This document shows positions 1-11,924 of a stretch of 64,000 nt of DNA, in pieces; position 1 is the stretch's first letter, and every line of letters starts with the position of its first letter. The stretch is from Azolla caroliniana (Eukaryota > Plantae > Polypodiophyta). The translations under genes and the position numbers were made by a program. The DNA lies in assembly GCA_043228905.1 (NCBI GenBank), contig JBHGNT010000011.1:5394001-5458000 (forward strand). Reading direction: 5' to 3'. The notes beneath the pieces are model-generated. The model was given only the letters and a program-made list of their open reading frames with translations. It did no database searches and had not been told where the DNA came from.

Positions 1-824
1 TAGGCTGCAACATGAGATGACTGATTAGGCCGACTGGATAACTAAGATCCGGCCGAGTAATCATCAGATAGATAAGGCTTCCGACAATCTATCGAAACCG
101 TGTCGGGTCGCACGCCTTCCCCGAATCTTGGCGAAGCTTTGCGTTTCTATCCAGAGAGGTCGAGATGGGCTTACGGTTTGCCATCCCGAACTTGAAGAGC
201 ATATTCAGCACGTACTGACGTTGGCTGATCAATAGGCCTTCGGGGGTATGGATCACTTCGATCCCGAGGAAGTAATGAAGGTCTTCGAGATCCTTCATTT
301 CAAACGATGCCGCAAGCTGAGACTTCACGCGGCAGATTTCGTCAAGGTCGGCACCGACGATGACTAAATCTTCAACGTACAAGAGCAGGCTGACCGGTCC
401 ATATTGACCTTGCCGAACAAATAGAGAGGAGTCTGATTTCGACGGTGCAAACCCCGTCCTACGCAACTGTTGTGTAATCTTTGCGTTCCAAGCTCACGGG
501 GCTTGCTTTTGTCCGTATAAGGACTTCTTCAATCGGCAAACTGCCGCGGTGTTTTGTTCGGATAGAAATATGGGGGGTTATACCATGTACACCTACTCCT
601 CAAGATCACCTTGTAGGAGCGCGTTCTTTACATCCATCTGATGTAAGTGCCACCCCTTTGTCGTTGCTATTGCCAGCAGAACACACTCGGTAGTCATCTT
701 CGCGACAGGCGCGAAGGTCTCGTCGTAGTCCACGCCGTGCTTCTTCGCTTAGCCTTTCACTACTAACCGGGCCTTGTATCGGTTGACTGAGCCGTCAGTG
801 TTGTACTTGACCTTATACACCCAC

Positions 825-1005
825 TGTTACCCCGTACGAGATGTACGGAGAATCAAGTGTGATGATCGAGGGTTGAATGTTATCATGATGTTGTGAGTGA
901 GTGTCTAGTATGAATGCTCGAGGGGGCCTACACCCCTATGTATCTACCCCCTCCTGTATTATTTAACCCCCTTATGGGGAATGAATGAACATTTTCTCTC
1001 TTACT

Positions 1006-1040
<35 letters not shown>

Positions 1041-1224
1041 CCTCAACGTTGAATCCCCTTGGGAGGGGGGTGGAGCCATTCTAGGCACCACCCCCCACCC
1101 CTCAATGGTTGTCTTGTTCTTCACGTCCTCTCTCATCATCACACATTCATTATCAATCTACCATCATTGCTAACCCTATTCCTATCTTTATCATTATCAT
1201 ACCCTAACCCTAAAATGTACAACA
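825..1224. repeat. Left LTR of element A (400 bp)
   Basis: Near-identical to 3337-3840 but lacks 91 bp (equivalent to 3408-3498), with TGTG microhomology at the junction. Contains a (CT)n tract and ACCCTAACCCTAAA near its end. Confidence 0.93.
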
Positions 1225-3336
1225 CCTTTTGGCGACCACTAAGGCGACCCCCCTTTGGAGACGGAGTCGAAGAATGATACGCGGCGAAGAATGATGCAAC
1301 CCTCATCAACGCGAAATCAAATCGACAATGTGTGAGAACTGGTGGAAATGTAAGAAAGAACGATGGCACGATAACTATTCACTACAGAATTATGCAAGAA
1401 AAGCGGCAAATGATGGCAATGATGTGCGGCAATGCAAGCCATAGCGACTAAGTGCAAGAAATGGCGGAAACATGCAAATGACGGTGACAATGTTCAGCAA
1501 AAGTATGTGCGAGTGAAGCGGGAAATGACATGTCCTCTACTGCACGATTTTGCTGCTATCAATGGTATTTTGAGTGTGTTTTGTTGGTTAGGTTGGGTCT
1601 ATTTGGCTTGAATCTAATCGCAAAAGAAAAGATAAAGATAAGAGCATGATGGCACTGTCTGGAAGAAGTGGACAAAGACGAAGAGACATACAAACACAAC
1701 AAAAAAGACAGGCGCCATACAGGATAATGATGAACGAAAATCAAGACGGCCAGACAAACGAACTGATAAAGATGGCATTGGAGATGATTGGAGATGATGA
1801 TGGAGCCGGCAGATAGGCCGGATAGTGGCTAGAGCGGCAACTAACGGATAACCGATGAAGCCAAATACCAGAACCACCGAAAGGAGAGGTTGAACACTGA
1901 CGATGACTACTAGAGACTAGCCTGAGCAGTGGCCGAACAACAACGAGCGGTAACCGAACAAGGCCATGCGATGAAGACAAAGGACAGAGAAATACACGAA
2001 ATAGCCAAATAGAGATTATCGAAGGGCCGGAGAGAAAGTGATGGTTGGGCCGAACAGAAAGCTAGACGGGCCGGATGGACAAGTACCAGACAACTGACGG
2101 CCGGACAGACAACGAGAGGATGACCGGAACGGACGGACACGCCGGACAAGGCGACGAACGAGCGGCCAAAAAGCAGCAACACCGGACTATGGCCATACAG
2201 AGATAGCAACGGAGCCGGAGACTCAGAGGCGGACTCGAACGGACGGGAACCGACAGAGACGGTGATGGAGTCCGCAACAAAGGCAGCCGGACAGCGGCCG
2301 AGACAATGATGGAAAAGGCCGGTGAGGCCGGAAGGGCGCGGCCACACCGATTGTCGAACAGTGGACGAGATGGCCGGGACGACGGACCGAACACACGGTT
2401 GAAAGAGGAGGACAACAACCGAACACCGACAGAGACGGAGGAGAGGCCGAAGAGCGACCTAAGAGCGGTCGTAGTGGCCGAACGGAGGCGGCTGGACAGT
2501 GGTCGGAGATGGCCAAGGTAGGAGATGGAGACGGACGAGCGACCAAAGAGTGGCTGAGGAACTGCCGAAGCAGCCGTAATAGCCGAACAATGGCCGGAGT
2601 GGCCAAACGAGCTGGACAGACGACCAACCACGACAACCAAAACAAAGACAACACAGAGAAGAAAGAGGTAGACATGCAGAAAATAAGAAGAAGAGAGAAG
2701 AGAAATGCAAGGAAGAAGAAGAACAATGAAGGAAGAAAAAGATGTCATGGAAGAAGAGAAAGACACCAAAAATCACGGACAGACAAAGAAGCAATCGGGA
2801 GAGACAGAGAAGTAGAAATGAAGAAAGAGAAGAGAAGGAGACACAAATGGACCAACAGACAGGAAGAAGAGAAAAAATGAAGAAAGAGAGGAAGACAAAA
2901 CAGAAAGGAGAAAGGAAAAGACAAAGACAAGGGCAACAAATTTCAAAACCTTGAGGGTACCCATTGCAAATTCAAAAGTTCGAGGGTATATATTAGAGTT
3001 TTAATAACCAAAGGGCAACGAGGCAATTTCGAAAACTCATCTACCTAAAAGAAATGGACATGATCCACACACAACTCACAAGATACAAAGAAGAACACAC
3101 ATACATACAACGTCTTTTTAACGACCCGAATGATGTTACCAAAGTTCGTAAGCCGACAGAACGAGAAGGTTCGTGTCGCGGAAGATTCGTTGACCGACAA
3201 AGATGTTCAAGTCAAGCACTCTGATCGAGGGAGTCGATCGTTGAAAGGACCGATGGAAGTTCCAGTCGAAGAAATATTATTATCAAGGCATGTGGGATCG
3301 ACGTGCAAGGCACTCTCCCATAGGCGTGCCATATTG

Positions 3337-3615
3337 TGTTACCCCGTACGAGATGTACGGAGAATCAAGTGTGATGATCGAGGGTCGAATGTTATCATGA
3401 TGTTGTGTATGTGTAGGGGGCATAAATGTAATTGTGAGTCGATACGTATGTGAACACATGCACACGTGTGTGCATGTGGATGGATACGAGGAGGTGTGAG
3501 TGAGTGTCCAGTATGAATGCTCAAGGGGGCCTACACCCCTATGTATCTACCCCCTCCTGTACTATTTAACCCCCTTATGGGGAATGAATGAAACATGAAT
3601 GAACATTTTCTCTCT

Positions 3616-3656
<41 letters not shown>

Positions 3657-3840
3657 CCTCAACGTTGAATCCCCTTGGGAGGGGGGTGGAGCCATTCTAG
3701 GCACCACCCCCCACCCCTCAATGGTTAACTTGTTCTTCACGTCCTCTCTCATCATCACACATTCATTATCAATCTACCATCATTGCTAACCCTATTCCTA
3801 TCTTTATCATTATCATACCCTAACCCTAAAACGTACAACA
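3337..3840. repeat. Right LTR of element A (504 bp)
   Basis: TG...CA termini; direct repeat of 825-1224; followed by TSD CCCAC. Confidence 0.93.
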
Positions 3841-6800
3841 CCCACCTACATCCGATCGGCTTTACACCTTTTGGTGCGTCAACTAGGTCCCAGGTTTCAT
3901 TTTCCGCCAATGCGCGCATCTCTTCCTCCATGGCGGCACGCCAATTCATGTCTTTCGCCGCTTCTGCGTAGCTCTTTGGCTCACGCACTTCCGCCACTCG
4001 CGTCATGTACGCATAATGGTGCGCCATGTACTCATTATACCCGTATCTCTTTACGGGGTTCTTCAGGTGGGTAGATCGGCGTAATTTGTGATTACCTGAT
4101 TTCACGACCTTTTCGGCTACTGTCGACCTCTTCCATGGAGGTTCCTTTTCAGTTTGCCCGTAGTCAGACTCGCTCCGATTTGACTTGGCACTACCGAAGT
4201 CGTATTCCATCATTTTCTTCTTGCCCTTCTCTTTACCCGTAAACCGTCTCCTCGGTTCTTTACGCGGGGACATCACGGCTGAGTCTCCACTACTCGCCGT
4301 CTCTTCAATAGGTTGGTCATTTCGGCCCAACCCCTCATTCGGCCCACTTAGCCGAAATGAGATCGGACTCTCTCTCGGAGCTCCGATATCCTCATCATGT
4401 AGAGGCATCTCAGCCTCGCTAACTTCTTCCTCAGAATTCGGAATGGAGTCTTGAGGTACTGGAGGTGAAGGCAAGTACCACAAAGCTGACTCGTCGAACA
4501 CGACGTCGCGGCTTACGCGTACTTCCTTTGTTCGAGGGTTATAACATTTATATCCCTTCTACTCGTTTGAATAGCCGACCAAGATACATTTCTCGGCTTT
4601 GGCATCCAGCTTCCTCCTTTTCTCCTTTAGCATGTGCACATATGCGAAGCTGCCGAAAATCCTCAAGTGTGCCATGTTAGGCTTCTTTCCGAGATATAGC
4701 TCTTGTGGCGACACTCCTCCATTAGTAGAGGTCTAATTCTGCAAGTAGACAGCTGTCTTCATGGCTTCAACCCAATAGAATTTCGGCATATGCTTCTCTT
4801 CAAGCATTGCCCTGGCCACTTCTTCAATCATCCGATTCTTCCGCTCGGCCATGTCGTTCTGCTGCGGCGTGTATCTACACGAGAATTCGCGTCGAATTCC
4901 CTCCTTCTATAGATAACTTGTGAACTGGTCGGAGAAGTACTCCTTCCCGCCATCGGACCGTAGGCATTTGATCTTACGCCCCGTTTCCCTTTCCGCAAGG
5001 CTCTTCACCTTCAGGAAACATGCGAAGACTTCGCTCTTCTTCGCAATTGTGCATATCCATGTGTGCCGAGTGAAGTCATCGATGAAGGTTACAAAGTAAC
5101 GGCTTCCACCGAAACTCACATTTTGTGCCGGTCCCCACACATCCGAATGGATCAAATCCAGCGGACTTCGACTACGATAACGCTCATTGGGGAATGGAAG
5201 TCGGTGTTGTTTTCCCATCTAACAGGCTTCACAGACTTGGCCATTACGGCCCCGAAATTTCGGCAAGCCGAAAACAATGTTCTTCGTCTGCATCTCACGA
5301 AGCCATGGGAAATTTACGTGGCCAAACCGCTTGTGCCACAGGTCGATATCCAATTCAACCTTTTGTCCTTTCACGTATAGTGCAGTTCCGGCTTGATTAG
5401 TGTCGAGGATGAACATCCTCCCTTCACGGCGCCCTTGTGCGATTACTTTTGCCTTCCTCTTCTAAGAAGTAGTCGAGATGCGTGAATCGAACCTGCATTC
5501 CCTGGTTGACGATCTGACCGACCGACACCAGGTTCTTCGTTATTGTCGGGATGTGCATCACGTTCATGAGTTTCACTTTCTGCCCGACGTGGCTGAGGGG
5601 AACTTCTTAGACATGTCCGATGGTATGCAGAGTGTCGTCTCCCGTTTCGACCACTCCTTGCGATTCCGGTTTCTCCAAGTACGAGAACCATTCCTCGCGA
5701 CTCGTCATATGATTTGACGCTCCAGAATCAACATACCATACCTCGCTCGATTTCGAGGTGTTCACGGCCATAGAATTGGCCTTATGCTTCATTACGAAGG
5801 TTGGGCCCAATTTGTTTTCGGCTCGTTCAGAGCCTTCTGCGTAGTGCGATCTCTAACGCCTCTCTGCGTCTCTTCGGCTCGATCCGGCTTTGTCCCAATT
5901 GGTTCTCTTTTTCCAGCACTCACTCTCCTTGTGGCCCTTTTTGCTACATTACCAGCATTCCGACGCAGCCTTCTCTTGTCGGCTTCCGTTGCCGCTAAGA
6001 CTCCCCCTGCTTGTGGAGGGTTCGGAACTGTTGTCAACATATCGATTATGCCGCTTGTTCTGCTCTTGTCGGCCACTTCCATTGCGCGCCGATCCGCCTT
6101 GTCCACCACGACCACGAGGCCTATCTTCCTTCGTGTACAACATCTTGCCATCGGCGTGCATACCCGTCAAAGCTCCCATGTGATTTTCCTCCACGAGCAA
6201 CATTGACTAAAGCTCGAAGAACGAAGGCGTATTCTCCCTCGTACAGACCGTCATTCGGAAGGCTCCGAACTTGGATGCAAGCCCACCAAGGAAAACCTGC
6301 ACCATTTCATCTTCCTCAACGTTCACATTGACGGAAGTGAGAGAATCGTAGATTTCCTTGATTCGGGACGTGTAATCAACCACAAACAGATCTTTCTGCC
6401 GGACATTGTCGAGCTCCTGCCTGAGTTGCAGCTTCCTGGCCATTGTGCTTGCGGCGAAAATCTTTTTGAGATTCACCCACACGTCATTTGGTGTCTTAAC
6501 ATCCCGAATGTAGGTCAATAGTTGGTCGCTCACACAGGATGCAAAGCAGTAGAGAACTCTGCTTGCCGCTTGTTCCCAAGCCGAGAAATCTCTGTGTGTC
6601 GAATCGGGTGCTACATCATTAGCTCCTTTGACATAACTCCAGTAGCCGTGACCGAGTAGGTACTGGTGCATCTTGTACAACCAAGATGCGTAGTTGTTCT
6701 TGTCGAGCTTTTCAGTCAATAGCGAGCTTCCCATACCTCTATCCATATTACTGTCTTTTTCTTTTTCAAAAAAATGAAGAACAACTTCAACTCTATTTTG

Positions 6801-6855
6801 TCACAAGCTTTTCTTGTCGGCTACAGAGGACTTCAACCCTCGCGCTCTAATACCA

Positions 6856-7297
6856 TGTAAAAGAATAGCATGTGCGGAAGCATATGCGAAACACAGAGTA
6901 CATAGTTCGGAGGAATAAGACAGTTCGGTAAAACACAGAAAACGCAGAGATGGAGAGGGAGATGGAGAGGGAGAGGGAGAGATAGAGACAGAGAGAGCAG
7001 ACAACATAAACTCAAATTCAAAATAATGACTCTTTGTATATATACATCGTGCTCAGTGAGCACCTTTTATACAAGCCCTTACAATCGGTCTGACACAAGT
7101 ACTGATAGTACTTGAATGCTCATAAATGAGCCTACTACACTAACTCCCAAAATTATTCCTTACGAGGAATACCATACTAACGGCCTTCCGGTTTACGCAT
7201 CGATACAACCACGTTATGCGTACTGTTTTACACACCCAATCTATGCATTGGGTTACGTACTGTATTAAGCACCCAATGTTGAGCTTGTCACTCAACA
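6856..7297 (-). repeat. 5' LTR of copia element B
   Basis: TG...CA ends on the minus strand, abutting the PBS at 6844-6855. The sequence switches abruptly to another element's RT at 7298. Confidence 0.85.
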
Positions 7298-9260
7298 AAG
7301 TGTCATGCAGGACGTGATGGATTCCCCGCATGAGAACCACACATATGAATTGATAGAGTTGTCGAAAGGAAAGAGAGCACTCCAGAACAAGTGGGTGTAC
7401 AAGCTAAAACCGGGAGACATTGGAAATCCACTGAGGTACAAAACCCGGATCATGGTGAAGGGATTCCAATAGAAGAAATGAGTGGATTTTGATGAGATCT
7501 TTGCCCCAGTAGTAAAGATGACATCCATCCGAACTGTGTTGAGCATTGCGGCAAGCATGGACCTCGAGGTCAAGCAACTAGACGTCAAGACGGCATTCCT
7601 GCACGGTGGCTTCAAATAAGGGATCTACATGCAACAGTTGGAAGGATTTGTCAAGAAGGGGAAGGAGTACCTGGTATGTCCGTTGAAGAAGAGCTTATAC
7701 GGACTAAAGCAAGCTCCCTGACAATGGTACCGGAAGTTCGACTCCTTCATGACCGACCAAGGATACCACAAGACACAAGCCGACCATTGTGTATTTGTGA
7801 AGAAGTTCAACGGAGGAGACTTCTTGATACTCCTGTTATATGTGGATGACATGTTGATTGTCGGACCGAACTAAACCAAAATCAAGAATCTAAAGAAGCC
7901 CTTGAACCAGACCTTCTCAATGAAAGATTTGGGTCCGGCAAGACATGTACTAGGGATGTACATCGTGCGGGACTGATCGAAGAAGTAGTTGTGGTTGTCA
8001 CATGACGAATGCCAATTCGATCGGGTTGACACTTTCGGCAAATTGCAAGCTGTCCGGAAAACAAAGTCCGAAGACAAAGGCAGAGAAGTCAAAAATGATG
8101 AAGATACCATATGCCTCTGTTGTCGGAAGCTTAATGTATGCAATGGTGTGTACCCGACCGGATATCGGATATGCAGTCGGAGTGGTTAGTAGGTTCATGT
8201 GCAATCCGAGAAGAGAACATTGGACCGCGGTAAAGTGGATACTCTGGTACTTGAAAGGAACCTTGAGTATGTGGCTCCGATTCGGCTCAGGTTGATGCGG
8301 ATACCAGCCGGTCAACGTCTGGATATGTTATGACATATGTCGAGGGAGCCGTATCGTGGCAGTCGAGGCTGCAAAAGTCCGTTGCCCTATCAACAACTGA
8401 AGCGGAGTACATGGCAATTGTAGACGTCGATAAAGAGGTAATCTGGATGAAGGACTTCATTGGAGTGCTAGGGATCCGACAGGAGGAATTCCAGCTCTAC
8501 TGTGACAGTCAAAGTGCCATCCACCTCGCGAAGAACGCGGCCTACCACTCTCGAACCAAGCACATCCAGAGGAGATATCATTGGCTTTGGGAGAATGTAG
8601 AAGATAAAGAGTTCTTGTTGACGAAGATCCATACAGAGGAGAACAGGTCAAACATGTTGACCAAGGTGTTGTCAGTCGACAAGCTAGATGTGTGCAGGAG
8701 ACGAATCGGATTGACAAGATATCCCATGCTTGAGTGAAGGGGGAGCTTGTTGGGAATTCGGTCCCTCCATATGAGATGGATCGGACGAGTCGAAGGAAGG
8801 AACAGAACCGGACAGGAAGGAACAGGACCGGACAAATTTGGAAGGTATCTGGATCTAGGGACATATCTGTAAATATGTTTCTGGTGTGGGTATCATGGCC
8901 ATATTTGTAAATAGTCCTAAAGTCATATAAGTATAAATATGACTTAGGGCAATCACTTTATGTGTGTGTAGAGATATTGTTGTATGGATATAAAGAGAGA
9001 AAGAGATAGAGCGGAAGATACAAAAAGCTTTTCTGTTGTAACCGCCAGTTGGCGAAGACATAGAGCTTGAGGTTGTTGCCTCTGAGTGTCGCATTGCATC
9101 CTCTTCTCTCATAGAGATAGTTGGAGTTTGTGGGCTCCCGTGGTTTTTCCTTATTAGGGTTTTTCACGTTAACATATTGTGTCTATTGTATTTCTATTTC
9201 CAATTTTCTTCCATTTAATGAGTAAGACTTAGTTGTGGCCGAGCACCATTTCCGCACAAC
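7298..9260 (+). mobile_element. Older Ty1/copia remnant (element C): RT-RNaseH, PPT and 3' LTR; host of element B
   Basis: Plus-strand RT motifs (KGKRALQNKWVYKLK, QLDVKTAFLHG, LLLYVDDMLI, IPYASVVGSLMYAMVCTRPDI) and RNaseH (VALSTTEAEY, LYCDSQSAIHLAKN, RTKHI). PPT GAGTGAAGGGGGAG at ~8732-8745. LTR from 8748 (TGTTGGG) to ~9260 (TTCCGCACAAC). Stops, frameshifts and internal deletions present. Confidence 0.88.
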
Positions 9261-9599
9261 CATGACCATTTAAATATATGGACCTCATAGTGGTCATGTA
9301 CTAGGTAGTAGACCAGATGTGCACCATTTGCTGACACACCCAAACATCATTAGTTGTTGCAAAGATGACCTATTTGATGTTGGGTGTGCAATGCATGTGG
9401 CATGGATGAGCATGCGCAACGAAGCATATCATAAGTCCAAGGCTAGCCCATTAGAACTTGCTAACTATAGGTTCTTTATGATACCAAAGAAGGTCCATAA
9501 CATGGCAAATAGGTTAAATTTTGGGAGTGTTATGTCAGAGGTCGATTGGTCTTTGATTCATGGGAACTTTGGTTTTGTCAAATTTTGATGAATGAAACA

Positions 9600-9900
9600 T
9601 TTTGTATTGGGGAAATTGTTAAGCTTTTAAGTTTGTGAAAATTTTGAAGTTTTAAGTTTTAAGTTGATTTGTTATTGGAAGCTTTAAGCTTTAAGTTTGT
9701 GTATTTTCTGAAGTATTAAGTAGTAAGTATTAAGTTGATTTTTTATTTTTAAGGTCTATGTTTTAAGTCTGGTGTCATTCGTCGATTTTGGAAGTTTTAA
9801 TGTTTTAGTTTGTGGCAATTTGATTTGTTATTTTAAGTTGTAAGTTTCAAGTTCAGAGTGATTGGAAGATTTTGGTGAATGATGTCAAATTTTTTTAAGA
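9600..9900. repeat. Degenerate AT-rich low-complexity array (TTTTAAGTT-like units)
   Basis: Many recurring TTAAGTT/TTAAGCT motifs. Confidence 0.55.
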
Positions 9901-10687
9901 CTTACAATTTTGCGTGACTACATTTGGTTGGGCAACCAAGTTGGTAATAGTTGGGCGACTGACCTTCGATAGTTGGGCGTCTTACAAGTAGTTGGGTGAC
10001 TAAATGTGTCAGAGTTGGGCGACTACTACAACCTTTTTATTCACGTGTTTTTTTTATCCAAATCGCACATGCCCTCAACTGGGCGACATGCACCGTTCGT
10101 GGCCGCGATTTCCTCGCCAAGCCTATTTGTGACTTAGGTGCAAATAGACACGAGCATACTATAGAGACACACATTGACAACCATAAAGCTATATTCCCAT
10201 CTGATTGTTGAAACTCCATAAACAGAAGTGTTGATGTTGTTGGCAATCCTAGATTGACTATGACACTTAGACTACTTGTAGAGGTTTGTTTCTGGATTTG
10301 TTCTATAAAACACATGTTACTTGTATGTGAAATTGATGAGACATTAGAGATTTTACTGTTTTCATGTTTTAGGCCATCCAAATACTAGAGAATACATCAA
10401 CTAAGGAGATTGCAAAAATGAGGTTGGCTTTAACTTAGATCTAAAATTAGAGGAATGAGGTGGAACATTGAATTAAGGAAAAGGGTGCTCCCTTTGGTTC
10501 AAGGAAAACCCCTTTTCCTCAAATCAAGGGAAAAAGGAGCCTCCAAAGCTTCAAAAGCTCAACACCTTCCCCTAATTATTTCAAAGAAAACCCTTTTTCT
10601 CCCATGCAAGTGAAAATTGTGATGTTTTTGGTCTCATTGGTCGTATTTGATCTCCAAAAATGATAATAAAATAAATAAATAAATCTC

Positions 10688-11760
10688 TTTTTTTTCGTAA
10701 ATAATGGCTTTCATTACGAAAGAAAAAACACCACCATGACTAACTTACAACAAACTATAGAACCCCTTCTATCTAGGGATCTAAAGAAAACTACGACACC
10801 AAACTCAATGCCACCCTACACACCAATTCAAATGGCGAATATGATGATATGTGACCTTGCAGAGTTCTCTCTCTTCTTGGTTGAGATTTTGTGACTTCTC
10901 TAGCACTGTCAATTGCCACAAAATTAGTCCTTTTAACTTAAGAACACATTTTCTCACCCCAACTTGTGAATAAAAAATGAAGGCATTCCGCATATTCCAA
11001 TTGAACCATAGCCCCCAATACCTCAAGAACTCAAAAATAATTTGAAAATGAGGCATCGGTTCATTGTTCTCCATATGTGCAAAAACCCAACTGAAGGAAG
11101 ATAGACTTACTCCTGTTAGAGACATCCACACTAAACTGAAACACCTCCAAACCATCCTTGCCATCGGGCATGAAATAAATCGATGCCTACTATGTTCCAA
11201 TTCCACCAAACAAAAGAAACACAATCCTTTAGTAATGTTCCTTCTTTTTAATGCATCCCCTAATGGTAAAGCTCCAACCATAACTCTCCAAATAAATATC
11301 TTGGCTCGTAGCATCAATCGAGAACACCAACATGCCTTGATCACATGAAACCACCAAGTAATGGGCTTATGAAAACCCCATATCTTTATAACCCTTTCTT
11401 CCAACCACTTATGTTTGTCAATCAACTTGTGATAAGCAACATTCGTTGAGATCATAGTCAATCTCTTATTTCCAACAAACCTCTAATCAAGCTCTTGAGA
11501 TCGCCCATCTAAATCAGGATTTGGCTCATGCGAAGATAGTATTTGTTGCAACTTATCCCAAATAAAGTTATAACCTTTTGGAATACGAAATGTTGATCTT
11601 ATTGTTCGAAAAGCCATTAATCTTCTTTGTGAAACCAACATAGCATCCTTAACTCTTACCAAACCCAATCTAGCCATCCGATTAAATTGAAGGTTAAGAA
11701 TTTGTTTACCTTCCCACCTCAACAACCTTGATGTTGCTAAAACCTCCATTTGTAATGAAT
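10688..11760 (-). mobile_element. 5'-truncated L1-type LINE 3' fragment (zf-RVT region)
   Basis: ORF 10805-11461 has KIFIWRVMVGALP...CFFCLVELEHSRHRFISCPMARMVW, the zinc-binding C-terminal region typical of plant L1 ORF2. A T-run at ~10688-10695 would be the poly(A) tail. Confidence 0.75.
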
Positions 11761-11876
11761 TGGCTCATCCCTTTTCTTGTGGGGGATGCCATTCCACAAA
11801 ATCCAACATACTTTGCCAAGATGTCAACAAATGATTAACTATCATAGACCCTGTACATTTGACATCCCTGTCAGAA

Positions 11877-11924
<48 letters not shown>

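Larger units (their letters stand above)
825..3840. mobile_element. Non-autonomous, non-coding LTR retroelement (element A) inserted in the RT gene of element B
   Basis: Direct LTRs at 825-1224 and 3337-3840 (TGTTAC...ACAACA). Perfect 5-bp TSD CCCAC at 820-824 and 3841-3845. Removing the insert restores the host RT motif CRWVYKVKY. The 2.1-kb interior is purine-rich on + and contains no recognisable retroelement protein motifs. Confidence 0.93.
1..7297 (-). mobile_element. Ty1/copia LTR retrotransposon, degenerate (element B); 3' end lies outside the window; interrupted by element A at 825-3840
   Basis: Minus-strand ORF pieces occur in copia order: gag (6207-6746, KLDKNNYASW), protease (WYVDSGASNHM, ~5700), GAG-pre-integrase (LWHKRFGH..CEAC), integrase (LIHSDVWGP, RSDGGKEY) and RT (WDLV..KPIGCRWV|YKVKYNTDG; LLLYVEDL in 89-466). 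The 5' LTR is 6856-7297 (TGTTGAG...TTTACA on minus), followed directly by the Met-i PBS TGGTATTAGAGC (6844-6855). Several in-frame stops. Confidence 0.93.

Noticed and set aside
1198-1214. Telomere-like ACCCTAACCCTAAA in element A LTRs and TTAGGG runs at 51855-51890
   Set aside because: Only 2-4 units; common telo-box or low-complexity motifs, not an interstitial telomere array.
1910-2964. Several 100-235-aa overlapping ORFs inside element A
   Set aside because: Low-complexity Ser/Leu/Arg-rich translations expected from strand-skewed repeats; no domain motifs.
3755-4501. 248-aa ORF with a novel C-terminus (LYVLGLGYDNDKDRNR...)
   Set aside because: Chimeric: the copia integrase-RT linker reads through the insertion junction at 3840 into element A's LTR.
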